Translations under genes and position numbers: made by a program
Shown here: one piece after another, positions 59,600-64,000 of the stretch
Layout: every line of letters begins with the position of its first letter
Position numbering within the stretch: position 1 is the stretch's first letter
Source: the human T2T-CHM13v2.0 reference genome, Homo sapiens
Strand: one strand, 5' to 3'
Assembly: GCF_009914755.1 (NCBI RefSeq)
Contig: NC_060934.1
DNA length: 64,000 nt
Notes under the pieces: generated by a model
The model's input: the letters and a program-made list of their open reading frames with translations, nothing else
Told to the model about the DNA's origin: nothing
Database searches by the model: none

Positions 59600-62500
59600 C
59601 CAATTTTATTTATATAGGAACTATCTATCTTTTTACTAGATCTCTGAGCTCTGGGCAGAGCCCACACTGAATCCTGGATCTCCAAAAAGGGAGAATTATT
59701 ATGAGGCTAGAATATGTGATGCTTTTTCAGTGCACTTAAAAAATTTTTTTAAATGAAGACACTTCTGTGTCCGGAATTGGTGGGTTCTTCATCTCACTGA
59801 CTTCAAGAATGAAGCTGCAGACTTTCGCGGTGAGTGTTATAGCTCATAAAGGCAGTGCGGACCCAAAGAGTGAGCAGCAGCAAGATTTATTGCAAAGCGC
59901 GAAAGAACAAAGCCTCCACAGCGTGGAAGGGGACCCGAGCTGGTTGCTGCCCCTGGCTGGGGCAGCCTGCTTTTATTCCCTTATCTGACCCCACCCACAT
60001 CCTGCTGATTTGCCCATTTTACAGAAAGCTGATTGGTCCATTTTACAGAGAGCTGATTGGTCTGTTTTGACAGGGTGCTGATTGGTGTGTTTACAATCCC
60101 TGAGCTAGACACAGAGTGCTGATTGGTGTATTTACAATCCTATAGCTAGACATAAAAGTTCTCCAAGTCCTCACTAGATTTGCTAGACACAGAGCACTGA
60201 TTGGTGCATTTACAAACCTTTAGCTAGACAGAGAGTGCTGATTGGTGTGTTTACAAACCTTGAGCTAGACACAGAGCACTGATTGGTGCATTTACAAACC
60301 TTGAGCTAGACACAGAGTGCTGATTGGTGCATTTACAAACTTGAGCTAGACACAGAGCACTGATGGGTGCATTTACAATCCTTTAGCTAGACATAAAAGT
60401 TCTCCAAGTCCCCACCAGATTAGCTAGATACAGAGTGCTATTGGTGCATCCACGAACCCCAAGCTAGACACAGAGTGCTGACTGGTGCATATACAATCCT
60501 CTGGCTAGACATAAAAGTTCTCCAAGTCCCCACCTGACTCAGGAGCCCAGCTGGCTTCGCCTAGTGTATCCTGAGCCAGGGTTGTGGTCAGAGCTGTCCA
60601 CCAGTCCCGCACCATGCACCTGCACTCCTCAGCCCTTGGGCGGTCGATGGGACTGGATGCCACGGAGCAGGGGGTGGCACCCGTCAGGGAGGCTCAGGCT
60701 GTGCAGGAGCCCACCACTGGGGGGTTCGGCATGGCCAGCTGCAGGTCCCGAGCCTTGCCCCGCGGGGAGGTGGCTGAGGCCCGGCAAGAATTCGAGTGCG
60801 GCGTGGGCGGGCCGGCAGTGCTGGGGGAACTGGCGCCCCCTCCGCAGCTGCTGGCCTGGGTGCTAAGCCCCTCACTGCCCTGGGCTGGCCGGCCACTGCA
60901 AGTGCAGGGCCCACCAAGCCCACACCCACCCAGAACTCGCACTGGCCTGCGAGTGCCCCCCTTGTTCCCACCCGCACCTCTCCCTCCACACCACCCCGCA
61001 AGCAGAGGGAGCTGGCTCCAGCCACGGCCAGCCCAGAGAGGGGCTCCCACAGTGAAGTGGCAGGCTGAAGGGCTCCTCAAGCATGGCCAGAGTGGACGCC
61101 GAGGCCAAGGAGGTGCTGAGAGCGAGCGAGGGCCCCCAGCACATTGTCACCTGTCACTTCTAATGTCTAAACTACACTCTTCCTTAAAAACCAGAGTAGT
61201 CTTTGGTGCAATAATTCTTTTAGTCAATAAGTCAGGTAACACAATACAAAAGCAAGCAGTTTAAGAGCTGAGATGAACTTGTCTGTTTACACTCATGGGG
61301 TTTCATAAGGAAAAACAGGTTTCTCCCCAAAAGGGAGTCTGGTGCCTTCTCTGCTTTCTTGAAGGAAAGCCAGGCTATTATAAACTAAAATATTTTAGGT
61401 GCCTCATGCAGCAGAGGGTGCAAGAGAAAGGAGAGACAGCAGAAGTAAATGAAAAAAAAAAAAGAATTCAGTCAAATGAGAAAAAAAATCTTTAGGTTAA
61501 AAAAGAGAGAGAGACAAGGTCCTAGGAGAAAAAAAAAAGTGAATGTCTTTTCAATATAAACACACACACATACACACCCACACACACATACACGCACAAA
61601 CACACACACATGCACACATCTTGGATGTTAGCTTTTAGTTAAGCTGACTTTTAATCATTGAGCTCCTTTAAAAAAATCTTTTTAAATCTCATTACCATAA
61701 TTCAGCTAGAACAAATTTCTGCTATTTCAGAAGTACCAAGTATCAAACCAAAAATGGCTTGATTTAGGAAACACACCCAAGCTGTCGTGGTGGAAAAAAA
61801 GAAGCCAGAGCCCTTAGCTATGGAACTGCAGTGTGGGGTGACAGCCATTGCTCTTTCGGTTTGGCCAGGCTAGCAAAAAGGTGGCCTCGTTATGTAAATA
61901 AAGCCCATTAAGTAGTCAAAATAAAAAATCTTTCCTGTTTTTTTTTTCTTTTCTTTTTTTTCCTTTTGTTGGCCGTTTTTCTCCCCCACCACAGTGTGGG
62001 AATTTAGCCACTTCAGAGGTCTTGTTCCCCATAATTTGGAAGTTTCCTTTGGATTTGATCAAGTTGGATAGAGTTGATCAATCACAACGGGGAAAAGACT
62101 GAAACAACAACAAAAACAGAAACAAACAGACAACAACAACAAAAATAATTAAGCAAAACAAAGATGGCACAACTTATGCAACTACTGAGTGCTGTAATGG
62201 TAAAGAGAAATTACAACCAACTGGTTGTTAATCTTGACCTTAGCCAAGACAAACCGCATTTCAGTTACCCATCCTTAGGTAAGGCATGGGTCTCAGGCTG
62301 AAGACTGCTCTTTACCATCCTAGAAGCAGGAAAAAACTCAAATTTGTCTTCCCCATTGGACGCAAGCTCAAACTCCATAAAGGAGTTACCTGCATTTTAT
62401 CATCATCGAAGCAGGAAAAACTTGCCTTTCTTGTGTTGGAAGCTAGTAAAACTCCAAAAAAAGGAGTTGTACAGCAAAATAAACTTTAGATCTTGACCAA

Positions 62501-63114
62501 ATTTTGAAAGATCAGTGATTCTCTGGAGGGGTTGCTTCCAGGTCTCAGCAAATTGTCCTATTGGTTTGAGCCATAAAGATAGTTCAAGCTAGTACCGAGC
62601 ACTGATAGGAGATTTGTCAAAGGTCAGGGGCACCTCCACCCAGAATCCCTTCATGGTTGCCAAAATGTGAGCCTTGAATATCTGAGAAAGGTCTCAGTTA
62701 ATTTAGAAAGTTTATTTTGCCAAGATTGAGGATGCACACCTGTGACACAGCCTCAGGAGGTCCTGATGACATGTGCCCAAGGTAGTCAGGGCACAGCTTG
62801 GTTTTATACATTTTAGGGAGACATGAGACATCAATCAATATATGGAAGATATACATTGGTTCTGTCAAGAAAGGTGGGACAGCTCAAGCAGCAAGAAGGC
62901 TTCCAGGTCACAGGTAGGTGAGAGACAAATGGTTACATTCTTCTGAGTTTCTGATTAGCCTTTCCAAAGGAGGCAATCAGATATGCATTTATCTCAGTGA
63001 ACAGAGGGATGACTTTGAATAGAATAGGAGGCAGGTTTGCCCTAAGCAGTTTCCAGCTTGACTTTTCCCTTTAGCTTAGTGATTTTGGGGCCCCAAGATT
63101 TATTTTCCATTCAC
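59600..63114 (-). mobile_element. MER4-type provirus remnant: 5' LTR (MER4A-like, 62666-63114), PBS (62645-62662) and internal leader region interrupted by LTR12
   Basis: Reverse complement of the LTR begins GAAAATAAATCTTGGGGCCCCAAAATCACTAAGCTAAAGGG (recalled MER4A). The PBS begins TGG 3 nt after the LTR end. Confidence 0.8.
59766..61156 (-). mobile_element. Solo LTR12 (ERV9) with CCAAT-box tandem array
   Basis: Starts TGTGTCCGGAATTGGTGGGTTCTT and ends ...CACCTGTCA on the + strand; 4-bp TSD CTTC (59762-59765 and 61157-61160); about 41-bp repeats GCTGATTGGTG...TTTACAAACCTTGAGCTAGACACAGAG at about 60030-60530. Confidence 0.93.
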
Positions 63115-63294
63115 TGTGTGTGTGTGTTTGTGTAGGTATACATACATATATGTGTGTATATATATATATATATACACACACACACAAACAAACAAATGAA
63201 AAATCTCATTAAGAACAGCAAGCGGTATGGTATTTTTAACTTGCCCTATTCTATTCTCATCCCCTCCTCACTGGCTCCACTGCAGCCTTGAAAA

Positions 63295-63756
63295 TTAACA
63301 GAATGGGATTGGTGAGAGAGGGCATGCTTGTCTTGTGTCGGTTTTCAGTGGGAATGCTTCCAGTTTTTGCCCATTCAGTAAGATGTTGGCTGTGGATTTG
63401 TCATACATGGCTCTTGTTATTTTGAGGTATGTTCCTTCAATATCTAGTTTATTGAGAATTTTTAACGTGAATGGGTGTTGATTTTTATTAAAAGCCTTTT
63501 CTTCATCTATCGAGATAATCATGCGGTTTTTGTCTTTAGTTTTCTTTATATGACAAATCACATGTATTGATTTGTATTTTTTTTTTTTTTTGAGACGGAG
63601 TCTTGCTCTGTCGCCCAGGCTGGAGTGCAGTGGCGTGATCTCGACTCACTGCAAGCTCCGCCTCCTGGGTTCACACCATTCTCCTGCCTCAGCCTCCTGA
63701 GTAGCGGGGATTACAGGTGCCTGCTACCACACCCAGCTAATTTTTTTTATTTTTAG
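63295..63756 (-). mobile_element. L1 ORF2 fragment (63295-63575) and Alu right arm (63578-63756)
   Basis: ORF peptide [18 protein letters not shown]...[11 protein letters not shown] is L1 RT; the Alu has AluY/Sc-type diagnostics. Confidence 0.9.
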
Positions 63757-64000
63757 TAAGGGAAGAGACCACCCCTCATATTGTCTTATGCCCGATTTCT
63801 GCCTCCAAAGAAAGAAAAAGTAAAAACTAAAAGGGAGAAGTGAAATCCACAAGCAGACAGCCTGGTGCCACACCCTGGGCCTGGTAGTTAAAGATCGACC
63901 CCTGACTTAATCAGTTATGTTATCTATAGATTACAGACATTGTATAGAAAAGCACTGTGAAAATCTCTATCCCGTTTTGTTCCAATCTAATTACTGGTGC
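63757..64000 (+). mobile_element. LTR2 (HERV-E-type LTR), running off the window end
   Basis: TAAGGGAAGAGACCACCCCTCATATTGTCTTATGCCC...CCTGGGCCTGGTAGTTAAAGATCGACCCCTGAC matches the recalled LTR2 5' end. Confidence 0.85.

Noticed and set aside
60030-60530. Regularly spaced ~41-bp repeats, superficially CRISPR-like
   Set aside because: Tandem units with no unique spacers, a normal part of LTR12, in a eukaryotic context with no cas genes.
60564-61264. 226-aa and overlapping ORFs
   Set aside because: Lie within the GC-rich U3 of LTR12.
62643-62662. tRNA-like sequence as a tRNA gene
   Set aside because: Only the 3' 18-20 nt including CCA are present, which is a retroviral PBS rather than a gene.

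Overview
Primate genomic DNA, almost certainly human chr10q23.2. Gene and repeat-family names come from recognising proteins and repeat consensus sequences from memory; no database was searched. Left to right: (1) the last coding exon and 3' end of ADIRF, followed by a CpG island with clustered E-boxes, AP-1 sites and a G-quadruplex motif; (2) about 10 kb of Alu/LTR/L1-rich spacer; (3) an AT-rich mosaic block carrying six disabled exons of an unprocessed BMS1 pseudogene (GTPase-domain exons), fused to AGAP11, which has three small coding exons plus one 1.55-kb retro-derived exon and gives an intact 550-aa PH-ArfGAP-ankyrin ORF; (4) the complete three-exon FAM25A gene (89 aa) with TATA box and polyA signal, and a solo HERV-K14-type LTR in intron 1; (5) a TSD-flanked ATXN1L retrocopy that keeps only the 5' end; (6) a nested ERV cluster: MER4A LTR with an Arg-tRNA primer-binding site and internal region, an LTR12 inserted into it, and an LTR2 inserted into an Alu. 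No CRISPR, rRNA or tRNA genes are present. The best leads for something undescribed are: probable hidden paralogy of ADIRF and FAM25A (same intron phase, alignable last exons); an AGAP11 splice acceptor carved out of former AGAP1 coding sequence; possible in-frame BMS1-AGAP chimeric splice forms; and the 5'-only ATXN1L retrocopy. Most ORFs in the supplied track are repeat-derived noise. Repeat boundaries are approximate (about +/-20 bp) unless TSDs are quoted.
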